64,000 nucleotides of DNA from a virus. This document shows positions 1 to 9,678 of the stretch, in pieces; within the stretch, counting starts at the first letter, position 1; each line of letters begins with the position of its first letter. The position numbers and the translations under genes are program-made. Below the pieces are notes generated by a model. The model was not told the origin of the DNA, did no database searches, and saw only the letters and a program-made list of their open reading frames with translations. The stretch lies in IMG/VR virus record IMGVR_UViG_3300017971_000020. One strand, given 5' to 3'.

Positions 1-240
1 AACCGCAAAGAACCTATGCCGTCGCCATGCCGTGCAATACACCGACCGGTTTACTATGCTAAGGAGTGGCACTGGAAGGGAACACCGCCACGGGTGTTGC
101 GGGGGAAGATGAATCAGGCACGAACATCCATTAAGAACCGCCGTAATGGATGGCCACAAGAAATTTATTTGGTGAATTCTTTCTGGAAGGGTTCTCCGTT
201 TAACGAAATTACACACGAACAAATCCCCGAAATCTTGTGA
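1..240 (+). CDS. hypothetical protein, probably the 3' end of a gene starting upstream of the window
   Basis: The frame is open from nt 1, with no stop before the ATG at 16. Stop TGA 238-240 overlaps the GTG start of the next gene (GTGA). No recognisable motif. Confidence 0.3.
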   Translation, partial: NRKEPMPSPCRAIHRPVYYAKEWHWKGTPPRVLRGKMNQARTSIKNRRNGWPQEIYLVNSFWKGSPFNEITHEQIPEIL

Positions 241-539
241 AAGAAAAAACAATAGAAAACAAAATTAAGGCATGGTTGAAGCAACAGCCCTGTCTTGATG
301 TCTTCTTTTTCAAGGTGCACGGTAGCCCCTACCAACTACGTGGGCTACCAGATATAGTGGGCAACGTTCGACGTTTTGCCTTTTATATGGAAATAAAGCA
401 ACCGGGAAAAAAGCTGACGCCATTACAGCTTGCGCGACGGATGGAAATCGAAAAAACTGGCGCCTATTACGCAGTAGTGCACTCCCTTGAAGAAGCAAAA
501 GACTTCATCAAAAAAATTCGAGAACATCCGAGATTTTAA
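237..539 (+). CDS. VRR-NUC domain nuclease (PD-(D/E)XK fold)
   Basis: 100 aa carrying 'RGLPDIVG...FYMEIKQPGKKLTPLQ...EKTGAYYAVVHSLEEA', i.e. the G-x-PD ... E-x-K ... Q pattern of VRR-NUC proteins. It sits directly upstream of an SNF2 helicase, a common phage pairing. Confidence 0.75.
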   Translation: MKEKTIENKIKAWLKQQPCLDVFFFKVHGSPYQLRGLPDIVGNVRRFAFYMEIKQPGKKLTPLQLARRMEIEKTGAYYAVVHSLEEAKDFIKKIREHPRF

Positions 540-607
540 TCTTGACTCTATCTTGACCCCTTGCTAAAATCCCGCCTATCTAACCGACTGATTGAGAGGC
601 GGAACTA

Positions 608-2362
608 ATGGTTTCAGTTACCTGGTATCGTGGGAGGCTTGCCGTTTCTTTTCCCTATAGCGAAGAAGCGGTTATCCAAGTCAAAACGATCAACGGATAC
701 GCATGGAACGCTAAGAAAAAGTTCTGGACCTTTCCCGCAACATACCGAAGTGCACGCAAGATCATAGAAGTCTTTACAAGTCTAAGATACCCTTCTTTAG
801 AATTACCCGATAAGCGAATAAGGTATCTCTTCGTCGGTGAACCATCGGTGAAGTTTCAAGTACAGGATATTCCTCTTTACAAATCCCCGCCGCCATGGGA
901 ACACCAGAAAAAGGCGTTCTGGTTTGCGGTTGAAAAATTCGGCGGGCTGGCAAGTGACCGGGTTGGCGGCGGGGCCCTTTTAGCGTTAGGAATGGGTGCG
1001 GGTAAAAGTCGTATAACTATAGACCTGATATCGAATTACCAATTTAAGCGCACTCTGATTATATGCCCGGCGAAGGTTGTCGCAGTGTGGCCCTACCAGA
1101 TAGAAAAGCATGCAGCTATACCGTTCCAAGTTGTACCACTATATCCCAAACGGGAGACAACAGCGAAACGCGCAAAGAAACTGCTGGGCGCCGCCAAAAG
1201 ACAACTGCCTAATACACCTTTAGTTGTTATCACCAACTACGAAGGCACGCGCAGGCATCACCTTAAGAATGCAATCAAAGCGATAGAGTGGGATGCTTTG
1301 ATTTTAGATGAGTGCCACCGGATAAAAGCCCCTCGTGGTACAGACTCCGAGTTCTTCTGGAAGCTGGGGCAAACCATTCCCCACCGGTTAGGCCTTACCG
1401 GTACCCCTATGCCAAACGACCCCTCCGACATATTCGCACAGGGAAGATTTCTCGACGCGTCTTTGTGGGGTTCTGCGTTCTCGCGTTTTCGCAACAGGTA
1501 CTGCATTATGGGAGGCTTTGTCGACAAGCAAATCGTTGGCTGGCGAAGCGAAAAAGATCTTTCGCGCGAAATGTCGGAGTTCGCTTTACAGATACGGACC
1601 GAGGATGTTTTAGACCTACCGGATGCACAGTACATTTATCACCCCGTCATACTAGACAGGGCGACACAGTCTCAATACGATTCAATGGAAAGAGATTTTG
1701 TTGTCTGGGTAAAAAATGACGAGGGGATTACTGCGGCCAACGGTATGGTCAAGGTCCACAAGCTGCAGGAGATCACCGGTGGGTTTATTAGGAACCCTGA
1801 CACAAAAGAAGTCACGCGCCTAGGTCACGAAAAGGAAGAAGCACTGCGTGAACGTTTGGCAGACTTGCCGGCTGACGAACCGGTTGTAGTGTTTACGGTT
1901 TTTGAGCCAGACATGACCGCCGCTAAAAGGGCGGCTATTTCGTGTTGGGGGAATACCGCAGCGAAAACCACAGGGCGCGAGGTGTTTGAATTAAGTGGGA
2001 AGAAAGACGAGCTGGCGAAGTGGCAAAACGCTAAAGGTGGCGAAGTGCTTGTCGCACAGATCGATTCGGGTAAAGAAGGTGTCGATATGACACGCGCAAA
2101 ATATGCAATCTACTACTCGCTAAACACCGTCCCCGGCACCTATGACCAAAGCCAAAGGCGGTTATTGCGCCCGGGACAAACACGCGACACGGTTGTGTAT
2201 ATACACCTTGTGGCACAAGGAACAATTGACAAGAAGATATATCGGGCGCTGGAACGAAAAGAAAACGTGATAGAAACCATTTTGAAAGAGGTCAGAGAGA
2301 ATGCCGAAAACGGTGAGAAGGAATTCCAAGACGGAGCATTGGCTGACAAACAATCCGATTAG
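608..2362 (+). CDS. SNF2/DEAD-like superfamily 2 helicase
   Basis: Helicase motifs in order: 'GMGAGKS' (Walker A), 'LILDECHRIK' (motif II), 'LGLTGTPMPN' (motif III), 'QIDSGKEGVDMT' (motif V), 'QSQRRLLRPGQ' (motif VI). Confidence 0.85.
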   Translation: MVSVTWYRGRLAVSFPYSEEAVIQVKTINGYAWNAKKKFWTFPATYRSARKIIEVFTSLRYPSLELPDKRIRYLFVGEPSVKFQVQDIPLYKSPPPWEHQKKAFWFAVEKFGGLASDRVGGGALLALGMGAGKSRITIDLISNYQFKRTLIICPAKVVAVWPYQIEKHAAIPFQVVPLYPKRETTAKRAKKLLGAAKRQLPNTPLVVITNYEGTRRHHLKNAIKAIEWDALILDECHRIKAPRGTDSEFFWKLGQTIPHRLGLTGTPMPNDPSDIFAQGRFLDASLWGSAFSRFRNRYCIMGGFVDKQIVGWRSEKDLSREMSEFALQIRTEDVLDLPDAQYIYHPVILDRATQSQYDSMERDFVVWVKNDEGITAANGMVKVHKLQEITGGFIRNPDTKEVTRLGHEKEEALRERLADLPADEPVVVFTVFEPDMTAAKRAAISCWGNTAAKTTGREVFELSGKKDELAKWQNAKGGEVLVAQIDSGKEGVDMTRAKYAIYYSLNTVPGTYDQSQRRLLRPGQTRDTVVYIHLVAQGTIDKKIYRALERKENVIETILKEVRENAENGEKEFQDGALADKQSD

Positions 2363-2582
2363 GTTGTATCGACTGAATCGGCTTGTCCTTACACAGATAG
2401 AATTATCTTGGAAATTAGGTGTAAGTGTTGCAAGTATCTACAATTGGGAACGTGGGTATAAGAAGCCTCTAATTAGAAACGTCCGCGAGCTTGCCAAGAT
2501 ATTCAAGATCAGGGTATCGGACTTAGAGCAAGAAATAGCGTCATGGTTCGCCGAAAAGCCCAAGGGGTGGGAACGTCCGTAA
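2301..2582 (+). CDS. XRE-type helix-turn-helix DNA-binding protein (start uncertain)
   Basis: 'LTQIELSWKLGVSVASIYNWERGYKKP' is a typical XRE/Cro HTH. The ATG at 2301 overlaps the helicase 3' end by 62 nt. TTG 2364 is an alternative start just after the helicase stop. Confidence 0.6.
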   Translation: MPKTVRRNSKTEHWLTNNPIRLYRLNRLVLTQIELSWKLGVSVASIYNWERGYKKPLIRNVRELAKIFKIRVSDLEQEIASWFAEKPKGWERP

Positions 2583-2598
2583 CAGAAAGGAATCGCCT

Positions 2599-3060
2599 AT
2601 GAGTTTACGTATGCATTTAGTCAACCGGCTGGTAGTGTTGGCGCAGGAAAAGAAAAAGTTAGAAGAAAAACTGAAGGAGGTAAAGAAGCAGATCGAGAAA
2701 CTACACGAACCCATTATTCAAGACATGCAAGACAATGGCCTGAAGAATATCGCACTTGCCAACGGAGCAACCCTGGTTCAACGCCGCGATGTCTTCTGCT
2801 CAAAGCGTGCAGGCGTGCCCATGCCGCTATTGTGTCAGGTGTTGAAGAATCACAAGTTTGAAGACTACGTCGCGGAGACATATTCAACAGCCGGGCTTAA
2901 GGAATGGATCCGCGAACAGGAAGCGGAGTTTGGAATCCCGGACAACGGGCCGGCAACTTTTCTGCCGGACGAGGTTCGCGAGTTGGTAAAGGTGTCCACA
3001 AGGACACAGGTTGTTGTAATGAATGCTGGTAGCGCAACGGTAACGAAAACAGGAGAATAA
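2599..3060 (+). CDS. hypothetical protein with N-terminal coiled coil (possibly Gp157-like; not verified)
   Basis: 153-aa ORF in the replication module with a K/E-rich heptad-like N-terminus ('EKKKLEEKLKEVKKQIEKL'). The Gp157 resemblance rests only on size and context. Confidence 0.5.
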   Translation: MSLRMHLVNRLVVLAQEKKKLEEKLKEVKKQIEKLHEPIIQDMQDNGLKNIALANGATLVQRRDVFCSKRAGVPMPLLCQVLKNHKFEDYVAETYSTAGLKEWIREQEAEFGIPDNGPATFLPDEVRELVKVSTRTQVVVMNAGSATVTKTGE

Positions 3061-3061
3061 C

Positions 3062-3880
3062 ATGGCAAAAGCAAATGAAGTCAAAACGGAAGAAATCACG
3101 AAGGTAGAATTAACCCCCCAGAAGAATGAAGGAAAGCCTGGGTTACCCATGAAGGTCGAGGATTCACCAATCATGTTGGTGCAGGCAGATCCTGAAGAAA
3201 TGCTGGATGTGCTTCGCTTAACCTATGGCGATACAAAACCCGGGATTCAGGAACTTGGACAAATCCGCGTCCCTACAGGTGGCAGTAAGTTCTGGGAAAT
3301 GGATGGCGAAGACCCTACCGAAGACCTTGTCGGCATTGTTATCGATCGTCGGCCTGTACGTGCGTGGTGGCCAACGGCTGACCCGACAGGCAAACCGCCG
3401 TCTTGTGCAAGCAACGACAGCGAGAAAGGGTACGGCGTACGCTGGGAAGACGACGAAGAAAAACCCCACGACTGTTTCACGTGCCCATACGCCCAATTCA
3501 AGTCTGCTGAGAAGGGTGAGGGGCAAGCATGTAAGCAAATGCTGGCGGTGTTCTTTTTGCCGTTAGAGTATTCCTTGCCAAAGGTTCTTCTTCTTCCGCC
3601 CACTAGCATAAAGGTCGCCAATGACCGACTGTCAGGGATTACTGCAAAGTTCAATACCAGCGTTAAGCCACCCAGGGCCCGCATGTTCTATGACGTGCTG
3701 GTTGCCTGGCGTGTCGTGCCGGATAAAAACGCAGCTGGGCAACCCTATGGTCGGGCTGTCCCTAATATCGTACGTGACCTTGCCCCCGTTGAGGCTGAAC
3801 GCGTAAGGCCCTACGCCAAAGCCTTCCGGGCAATGATTGAGAAGAAAGTAGAGAAGAACGGAGAAGAAGCCAGCGCGTAA
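3062..3880 (+). CDS. hypothetical replication/recombination-module protein with a Cys cluster
   Basis: 272-aa ORF starting 2 nt after the previous stop. It contains 'PPSC...HDCFTCPYAQF...GEGQACKQ', a possible metal-binding cluster. No confident family assignment. Confidence 0.55.
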   Translation: MAKANEVKTEEITKVELTPQKNEGKPGLPMKVEDSPIMLVQADPEEMLDVLRLTYGDTKPGIQELGQIRVPTGGSKFWEMDGEDPTEDLVGIVIDRRPVRAWWPTADPTGKPPSCASNDSEKGYGVRWEDDEEKPHDCFTCPYAQFKSAEKGEGQACKQMLAVFFLPLEYSLPKVLLLPPTSIKVANDRLSGITAKFNTSVKPPRARMFYDVLVAWRVVPDKNAAGQPYGRAVPNIVRDLAPVEAERVRPYAKAFRAMIEKKVEKNGEEASA

Positions 3881-3935
3881 CAGGTAAAGCCGGTGAGGAG
3901 GCCTGGGGGCTTCGGCCCCCAGGAAATCTAAGAAG

Positions 3936-6053
3936 GTGAATAGGAAAATGTTGAAAGAAGCGCTGGTCTATTTAAGCGGCGGCCTTTCCGTAATCCCAAT
4001 AGGACCGGAAAAACGCCCAGCGATCCCACAGTGGGGACAGTATCAGACACGGGTTCCCACAGCAGAGGAGGCGGGTCAGTGGTGGGGTCGCGATCACCCA
4101 ACGGCCGGTTTCGGGGCCATACTTGGCCCCGTCTCCGGCAACATTTACGCGTTAGACTTTGAAGATAGAAAGATCTTCGGGGAATTTCTCCAAATGGCAC
4201 AACATAACGAAGCCTTAGAACCACTACTTGACGCGCCCTGCGTCGATACGCCACGGGGAAATCACCTTTACTTCAAGTTCACCGAAGAAGTGCTACAACG
4301 AACGATTATCGCCAAGCAACCAAATCCCGACTATGACCCCAATAGCCCCCCGGACGAAAAAGGGGTGAAGGCGGCGCCGTTTAAGACAATGATCGAGTTC
4401 CGGGGCGACGGGGGATACAACCTACTTCCCGGGTCTCCGGGGCATTGCCACCCGTCAGGGAAACAATACTTTCATACCTCCGGCGGGGATATCTGGGAGG
4501 CGCCGGAAATCGACCGAAAGACGCTGGACGAATTGCTTGACGTTTGTAAATACTTCAACACGTACAGCGAACCGGAAAAGATCCAGGGTGTCCCCAAGAC
4601 AATATCCGAAGCCGATCAACGGCCGGGAACGGACTATTGTCGACGGGGGGACTGGTCCGAGTGGACAAGATTATTGAAATTGGCGGGTGCGGAACAAATC
4701 CACGCGTCACCCAAGAAAGAAATATGGCGGCGCCCCGGGAAAGACACCGGCGCCGGGTCCGCAACGCTGGGGTTTTGCGAAGGGGAGCTTGGCGCCTATC
4801 TATATGTGTTTACTACCAACTGGCATCCTTTCAAGTCCGATTGCTGCTATAGCCTGTTTGCCCTACGGGTTTTGGTGGAATTTAACGGGGACTGGAAAGC
4901 AGCGGCTATCAAATGCGGGGCTGAGGGCTTCGGAGAACCGCCGGACGACGAAATCAAGACTATAGTCGAGGCGGAGGTCAAGGAGATTACAGGCGACGTT
5001 AGGGCGGACCCTACGGCAAAGCTGATCGATCCCGAGTGGGTGAAGGACAAGTTGAATGGATACCCCGGGCTCAAACGGATATGGAAAATGCGCCGGGAAA
5101 GGGACTTCGCCGGCGATCACAACCTTTATTTAAACTCGCTTTTGATCTGGTGCGTAAAGAACCTGGTCGAGGCGGAAGAAGTCAATGACCCCGCTTTTCG
5201 CATAAAAATGGGGTGTCGTATGGCCTATGAGTTCCTGCGGGAAATGAATGGGCCGGTTGAAAAGGCCCTGGACGTTGAATATATGGCCAGGAAGGTAACT
5301 TCTGCATACCGTTTGCGGGACAAGGAGGAAAAAGTAGTGATTCAGAAGATCCAAGATACCGAATCCGGGGACACGAAGGAGAAAAAGAAAGCCTGGCTCC
5401 GGAAGATCCTAAAGCTAGACTTCCAGGACTTCATTGTCAGCCAAGAACTTGGGTTTCACTGGTTTGTCATGCCTGACGGGAAACGGGTGGCCATTGGGAA
5501 AACCGAGATATGCAAGGTCGCCAGCAAGTTCGAAATAGCGCTGGCTGGCCATAATCTACAAAAATACGGCTTCCCGGGAAGCCTGGACTCGTCGGTAAAG
5601 AAGGGGCCAAACTGGGACAATGTATGGTGTCAACTGTACGCAATCCGGATACCGGCACAGGACGATGACCCGGCCCGGGAAGTGGTGGATTGGATAGAGC
5701 GCTATATCGTCCGCTATCGGCTAGTCTCCGACGATGATGAGGGTGGGTGGCAGTCAGGTATAGGGTCACGTTGCGTTTTGCGTTACAACGGCGGTGTGTG
5801 GATCAGGTTGTCATTACTGAAAGAACACCTCCGGGTTAACCAGGGAATAGTTATATCGGACCGGGAGCTTGCGGCTAAGTTGCTTCAGCTGGATAGCGCT
5901 GTTTTTAAGAAGACATTGAGCGGCCGGGACAAGAAGGGCGGGCGATTTCAGCAGCGATACTGGTGTATCCCGGAGCATCACTTTGCGTTGACACGGAGTG
6001 GCGAAATCTCCGACGGGGAGTTTGAACGGATGGAGGCGGAGGCGAACCAGTGA
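3936..6053 (+). CDS. bifunctional DNA primase-polymerase (Prim-Pol N-terminal domain) with a large uncharacterised C-terminal region
   Basis: The N-terminus 'GGLSVIPIGPEKRPAIPQWGQYQ...PTAEEAGQWW...GFGAILGPVSGNIYALDFED' matches the Prim-Pol (AEP) pattern. I saw no Walker A in the C-terminal ~450 aa. GTG 3936 or ATG 3948 could be the start. Confidence 0.75.
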   Translation: MNRKMLKEALVYLSGGLSVIPIGPEKRPAIPQWGQYQTRVPTAEEAGQWWGRDHPTAGFGAILGPVSGNIYALDFEDRKIFGEFLQMAQHNEALEPLLDAPCVDTPRGNHLYFKFTEEVLQRTIIAKQPNPDYDPNSPPDEKGVKAAPFKTMIEFRGDGGYNLLPGSPGHCHPSGKQYFHTSGGDIWEAPEIDRKTLDELLDVCKYFNTYSEPEKIQGVPKTISEADQRPGTDYCRRGDWSEWTRLLKLAGAEQIHASPKKEIWRRPGKDTGAGSATLGFCEGELGAYLYVFTTNWHPFKSDCCYSLFALRVLVEFNGDWKAAAIKCGAEGFGEPPDDEIKTIVEAEVKEITGDVRADPTAKLIDPEWVKDKLNGYPGLKRIWKMRRERDFAGDHNLYLNSLLIWCVKNLVEAEEVNDPAFRIKMGCRMAYEFLREMNGPVEKALDVEYMARKVTSAYRLRDKEEKVVIQKIQDTESGDTKEKKKAWLRKILKLDFQDFIVSQELGFHWFVMPDGKRVAIGKTEICKVASKFEIALAGHNLQKYGFPGSLDSSVKKGPNWDNVWCQLYAIRIPAQDDDPAREVVDWIERYIVRYRLVSDDDEGGWQSGIGSRCVLRYNGGVWIRLSLLKEHLRVNQGIVISDRELAAKLLQLDSAVFKKTLSGRDKKGGRFQQRYWCIPEHHFALTRSGEISDGEFERMEAEANQ

Positions 6054-6116
6054 CATTTCATCCCTTATATATAGGGAATTTTCAAAACGTTTTTTTTAAA
6101 AAAGTTCAAAAGTTGA

Positions 6117-6217
6117 GGCGTCACGCTGTCACAGATTTCATAAGTCTATACAAACCACTACCTTTACGACAAAATTTAGGTGTCACTGTGGTGTCACACA
6201 GGTGTAACCGGTGTCAC
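6117..6217. repeat. iteron-like direct repeats G[GC][TC]GT[CA]AC (6 copies), candidate origin or regulator-binding array
   Basis: GGCGTCAC 6117-6124, GCTGTCAC 6125-6132, GGTGTCAC 6179-6186, GGTGTCAC 6190-6197, GGTGTAAC 6201-6208, GGTGTCAC 6210-6217. The last four are spaced 11, 11 and 9 bp apart. The array lies in the only sizeable non-coding gap of the replication module. Confidence 0.55.
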
Positions 6218-6286
6218 AGAATCCGCTGTTTATGAATAAACCGTTAACAAACGTGCTACAGATAGAGGCGTTTTTGGAGAAGTTCA

Positions 6287-7927
6287 GTGACAGAACGTTC
6301 AGATAATCCGCTAGAATATAGGTGCTTTGGTCCACCGGGGACAGGTAAAACAACTTGGCTGTCACGCCAAATTGCCAACGCCGCAAAGAAATATGGCTCC
6401 GATGCCATCATGGTCGCAAGCTTCACTCGTGCGGCTGCCCATGAACTTGTTGGCCGTAATCTTCCCATTGAACCCAGCCACGTTGGGACGCTACACGCTT
6501 TTGCCTACCGGGCCTTGGACCGACCCGAAATTGCGGAAAGCCCCAAGTGGCTTAAGGCCTGGAATGAACGACATGATGTTTACCAATTATCTGGGCAGGG
6601 GGTGACAATTGACGACCCTCACGGGCTGACGAAAGAAAGTGGGGCAACGCTGGGGGATCAGCTTTTAAGGGCCTATAACTGTGTAAGGTCTAAAATTCTC
6701 TCTCGTCGTGACTGGGGGCCGGAGGGCTTTGAGATAGCACATTTTGCAGAGTGTTGGGACAAGTTCAAAAAAGAACATGGTCTTATGGATTTCTGCGACA
6801 TGATAGGACATGCATATCTAGAGCGGGACTTGCCATTTGACGTAAGAATCGGCTTTTTTGACGAAGTACAGGACTTTGCCCCCCTTGAGCTGGCCCTTGT
6901 CCGCAAGTGGGGACGAAGTATGGAGCAGATTGTTCTTGCCGGGGATGATGATCAGGCTATTTACGGGTTTAAAGGGGCAAGCCCAGATGCTTTTTTAGAA
7001 CCCCCTATACCGGAGGATCGATGTATATTCCTTAAAAAAAGCTGGCGACTGCCCCTGGTTATCAAAGAGCGGGCGGAAGCTATCTTGCCCGGGTTGTCGA
7101 AGCGTCAAGAAAAAGTCTTCGAGAATCGTGAGGGGGAAGGCTTGTGTAAGGAATTGGATTTCCGGTTGAATGCCGCACAGGAACTACACCGGGAGATCAG
7201 GGCCGCACTCGATCGGAAGAAGACGGTGATGGTATTAGCGACATGCGCTTATATGCTCCGGCCGCTAATCCGGATACTGCGGATTGAGGGGGAGCTTTAC
7301 CATAATCCGTTTAGATCGTCGGCTGGGGAGTGGAACCCCTTAAAAACAGCCCCCAGGCGCATTTTGAACTTTCTACGCGGATCGAAGGAGGTCTACGGGG
7401 AGAATACATTGCCACAGACTTGGGGGTCTGCATGGGACTGGATCGAGTTGCTTGACGCCAAAAGGGCCGAGTTGAAGCGGGGAACAAAAAGCACGGTGAA
7501 GCATGCGGCAAAGGATCCTGATCTTGAGGAAAAGATCATTTCTAAGGAAGAATGGGAAAAGGTAATTGGGATCGACCCACCAATGGACATCAACTGGCTG
7601 GCCCAGAATATGCTCAAAAGCCGGCGGGAAAGCTTTTCGTATGTCTTCCAGGTATGCCGGAAATTTGGCGTAAAGCGCCTATTAGACAAACCGAGTTTGA
7701 TAGTTGGTACTATCCATAGTGTAAAAGGAGGGGAGGCGGATGTAGTTTTTTTGGCCCCGGACTTTAGCTACGCTGCTACGCGCGGGGCTTTGGATGAATT
7801 TGATGGCGAAAGTGCTGAAGACTCAAAAATACGGACGATGTACGTCGGCATGACCCGGGCACGAGAAGAGCTTTACCTGTTGGCGCCGGAGAAGCCGGAT
7901 TTAGCGTTTAAGTGGGAGGCTTATTAA
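6287..7927 (+). CDS. UvrD/Rep-like superfamily 1 DNA helicase
   Basis: 'GPPGTGKTT' (Walker A), 'FFDEVQDF' (Walker B), 'LAGDDDQAIYGFKGA' (motif III), 'TIHSVKGGEADVVF' (motif V), 'YVGMTRAREELYL' (motif VI). Confidence 0.8.
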   Translation: MTERSDNPLEYRCFGPPGTGKTTWLSRQIANAAKKYGSDAIMVASFTRAAAHELVGRNLPIEPSHVGTLHAFAYRALDRPEIAESPKWLKAWNERHDVYQLSGQGVTIDDPHGLTKESGATLGDQLLRAYNCVRSKILSRRDWGPEGFEIAHFAECWDKFKKEHGLMDFCDMIGHAYLERDLPFDVRIGFFDEVQDFAPLELALVRKWGRSMEQIVLAGDDDQAIYGFKGASPDAFLEPPIPEDRCIFLKKSWRLPLVIKERAEAILPGLSKRQEKVFENREGEGLCKELDFRLNAAQELHREIRAALDRKKTVMVLATCAYMLRPLIRILRIEGELYHNPFRSSAGEWNPLKTAPRRILNFLRGSKEVYGENTLPQTWGSAWDWIELLDAKRAELKRGTKSTVKHAAKDPDLEEKIISKEEWEKVIGIDPPMDINWLAQNMLKSRRESFSYVFQVCRKFGVKRLLDKPSLIVGTIHSVKGGEADVVFLAPDFSYAATRGALDEFDGESAEDSKIRTMYVGMTRAREELYLLAPEKPDLAFKWEAY

Positions 7928-8044
7928 TGAACGCGCTGCAGCAACGGCTGAATAAAGAACGGAAGAAGGACGGAAAATGTTGAAAAATGAAAATCGTGCG
8001 TTGGCCATCCGCAGTAACCCGAAGGGCGAAAAGAAAGGTGAGTA

Positions 8045-9070
8045 ATGACTGATAATGCAATAGTTCGTATTTCAGAATTGAAAAAAGAGCTGGTGAAGAC
8101 AAAGGACTTGAAGAGTGTATCAGTGTTAAAGGATAAAGCTGAAGCTGTCCGCAGGTTAGCTGCGCGGCAAGGCGCCTCATGGGAGATCCTGTTCGATATC
8201 TCCCAATTCAAGCTTGAAGCGGAGAGGTATGCTGGTGCGCTGCTGGCGGGTATGGAGTTGAATAAAGGGGGGAAATCAGAGCAAGGATCTTACCGGTCGC
8301 AACGTGCTACCGGTAAAAAAACCGCCCCTACGTTAGCAGAAATGGGAGTTAAGACGAAATCCGACTCCTCCCGTTGGCAACGAGAGGCAACGGTGCCGGA
8401 GGAGAGGTTTGTTGAGTGGCTGGAAGGAATACGGAAGAAAAAAGGCGAACCAACAAGCTCGGGCTTGATCCAGCTGGCGAAGCAGATTGCAGTTGAAAAA
8501 ATAAAAGAGGAGGCAGAACAGGAAGAAAGGACAACCAAGGCAGGGGTTGTCGACAATTTGGAGAAGGTTGTTGGAACGTTCAAGTGTATATATTGCGATC
8601 CGCCTTGGGCCTATGGTGACAAAACTGGTCGGGGTAGTGCTCATTTGAATTATCCGACAATGCCAATAGAAGATATTTGTAGTCTGCCAGTAGGTCAAAT
8701 CGCTTTCAAAAAGGGGGCGCATTTGTGGATGTGGACAACGTGGCCAAAGATCCGAGATTACGCACCGCAAGAAGTTTTAGATGCTTGGGGCTTTGAATGG
8801 AAGGGTGAAATTATTTGGAACAAGATGATTATAGGGCCAGGTCGCTGGTTAAGAAATCAGACCGAGGTTCTAATTTTTGCAACAAAGGGCAAGCTTGATC
8901 GCATGCGTAACGATCTTCCCGGATATTTTGAAAAGCAACGAGAGCAAAAGCATTCACGCAAGCCCGTCGAAATGTATGAGATCATAGAAAGCTTTAGTCC
9001 AGGGCCAAGGATTGAATTGTTTGCGAGAGAGGAACGGAAGGGCTGGAAACGTTGGGGGTTTGAGGCATGA
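8045..9070 (+). CDS. MT-A70 family DNA N6-adenine methyltransferase
   Basis: Catalytic 'IYCDPPW' motif, then 'GAHLWMWTTW', 'IWNK' and 'HSRKP', in the order typical of MT-A70-like phage methylases. Confidence 0.85.
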   Translation: MTDNAIVRISELKKELVKTKDLKSVSVLKDKAEAVRRLAARQGASWEILFDISQFKLEAERYAGALLAGMELNKGGKSEQGSYRSQRATGKKTAPTLAEMGVKTKSDSSRWQREATVPEERFVEWLEGIRKKKGEPTSSGLIQLAKQIAVEKIKEEAEQEERTTKAGVVDNLEKVVGTFKCIYCDPPWAYGDKTGRGSAHLNYPTMPIEDICSLPVGQIAFKKGAHLWMWTTWPKIRDYAPQEVLDAWGFEWKGEIIWNKMIIGPGRWLRNQTEVLIFATKGKLDRMRNDLPGYFEKQREQKHSRKPVEMYEIIESFSPGPRIELFAREERKGWKRWGFEA

Positions 9071-9678
9071 CAGAATGGGATTTTCGGGAGCGGTTGGATT
9101 GGTCTCAAAGGCCAAGTTTGACAAAAGCATTAGATCTTTTCTACCGGAAGGTTTTTGAAGCAAAGAGGGTATTGAGGTTGGAAGATTCGATATATCTTCC
9201 GTTTCAAAAAGAGGGTATCGATCTTTTTCTTTTCGGAACCCCTGAAGGTGAGATATCAGTCGAGGAGAAAATACGGGGGATATTTTATCCAGACATTTTG
9301 ATAGAAACACTAAGTTCAGATAAAACAATGTCTCCAGGGTGGGCGGTCAAGCCGTTTCAGGCAGACTGGTTGTTGTATTTCAGGCCCCCAGACCACCCGA
9401 ACCTATACGACGGGACTGCATTCCGAAGAGCGGTACAGGCAAATATAGGAAAGTGGGAAAAAATGTATGGGACAAGAAAGGCTAGGAACAAGGGGTACAA
9501 CACGATCAATGTTCCGGTTCCGGAGAAGGTTCTTTTAGAAGAAACAGGGAAGATTACAGGGGCATATGTATGTCCATTTTGTGGGACAAACGTTTCAGTT
9601 ATGGAGTTGCGGTTTAGTTTAATCAAAGGTGCGTATTGCTATCACTGTGAGAACGTACAGGAGAAACATGAGAAATAG
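9067..9678 (+). CDS. hypothetical protein; possible PD-(D/E)XK nuclease core plus C-terminal zinc ribbon
   Basis: Its ATG overlaps the methylase stop (ATGA at 9067-9070). 'GIDLFLFGTPEGEISVEEKIR' fits D...(D/E)xK, and the C-terminus has 'CPFCG...CYHC'. Motif-level evidence only. Confidence 0.55.
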   Translation: MTEWDFRERLDWSQRPSLTKALDLFYRKVFEAKRVLRLEDSIYLPFQKEGIDLFLFGTPEGEISVEEKIRGIFYPDILIETLSSDKTMSPGWAVKPFQADWLLYFRPPDHPNLYDGTAFRRAVQANIGKWEKMYGTRKARNKGYNTINVPVPEKVLLEETGKITGAYVCPFCGTNVSVMELRFSLIKGAYCYHCENVQEKHEK

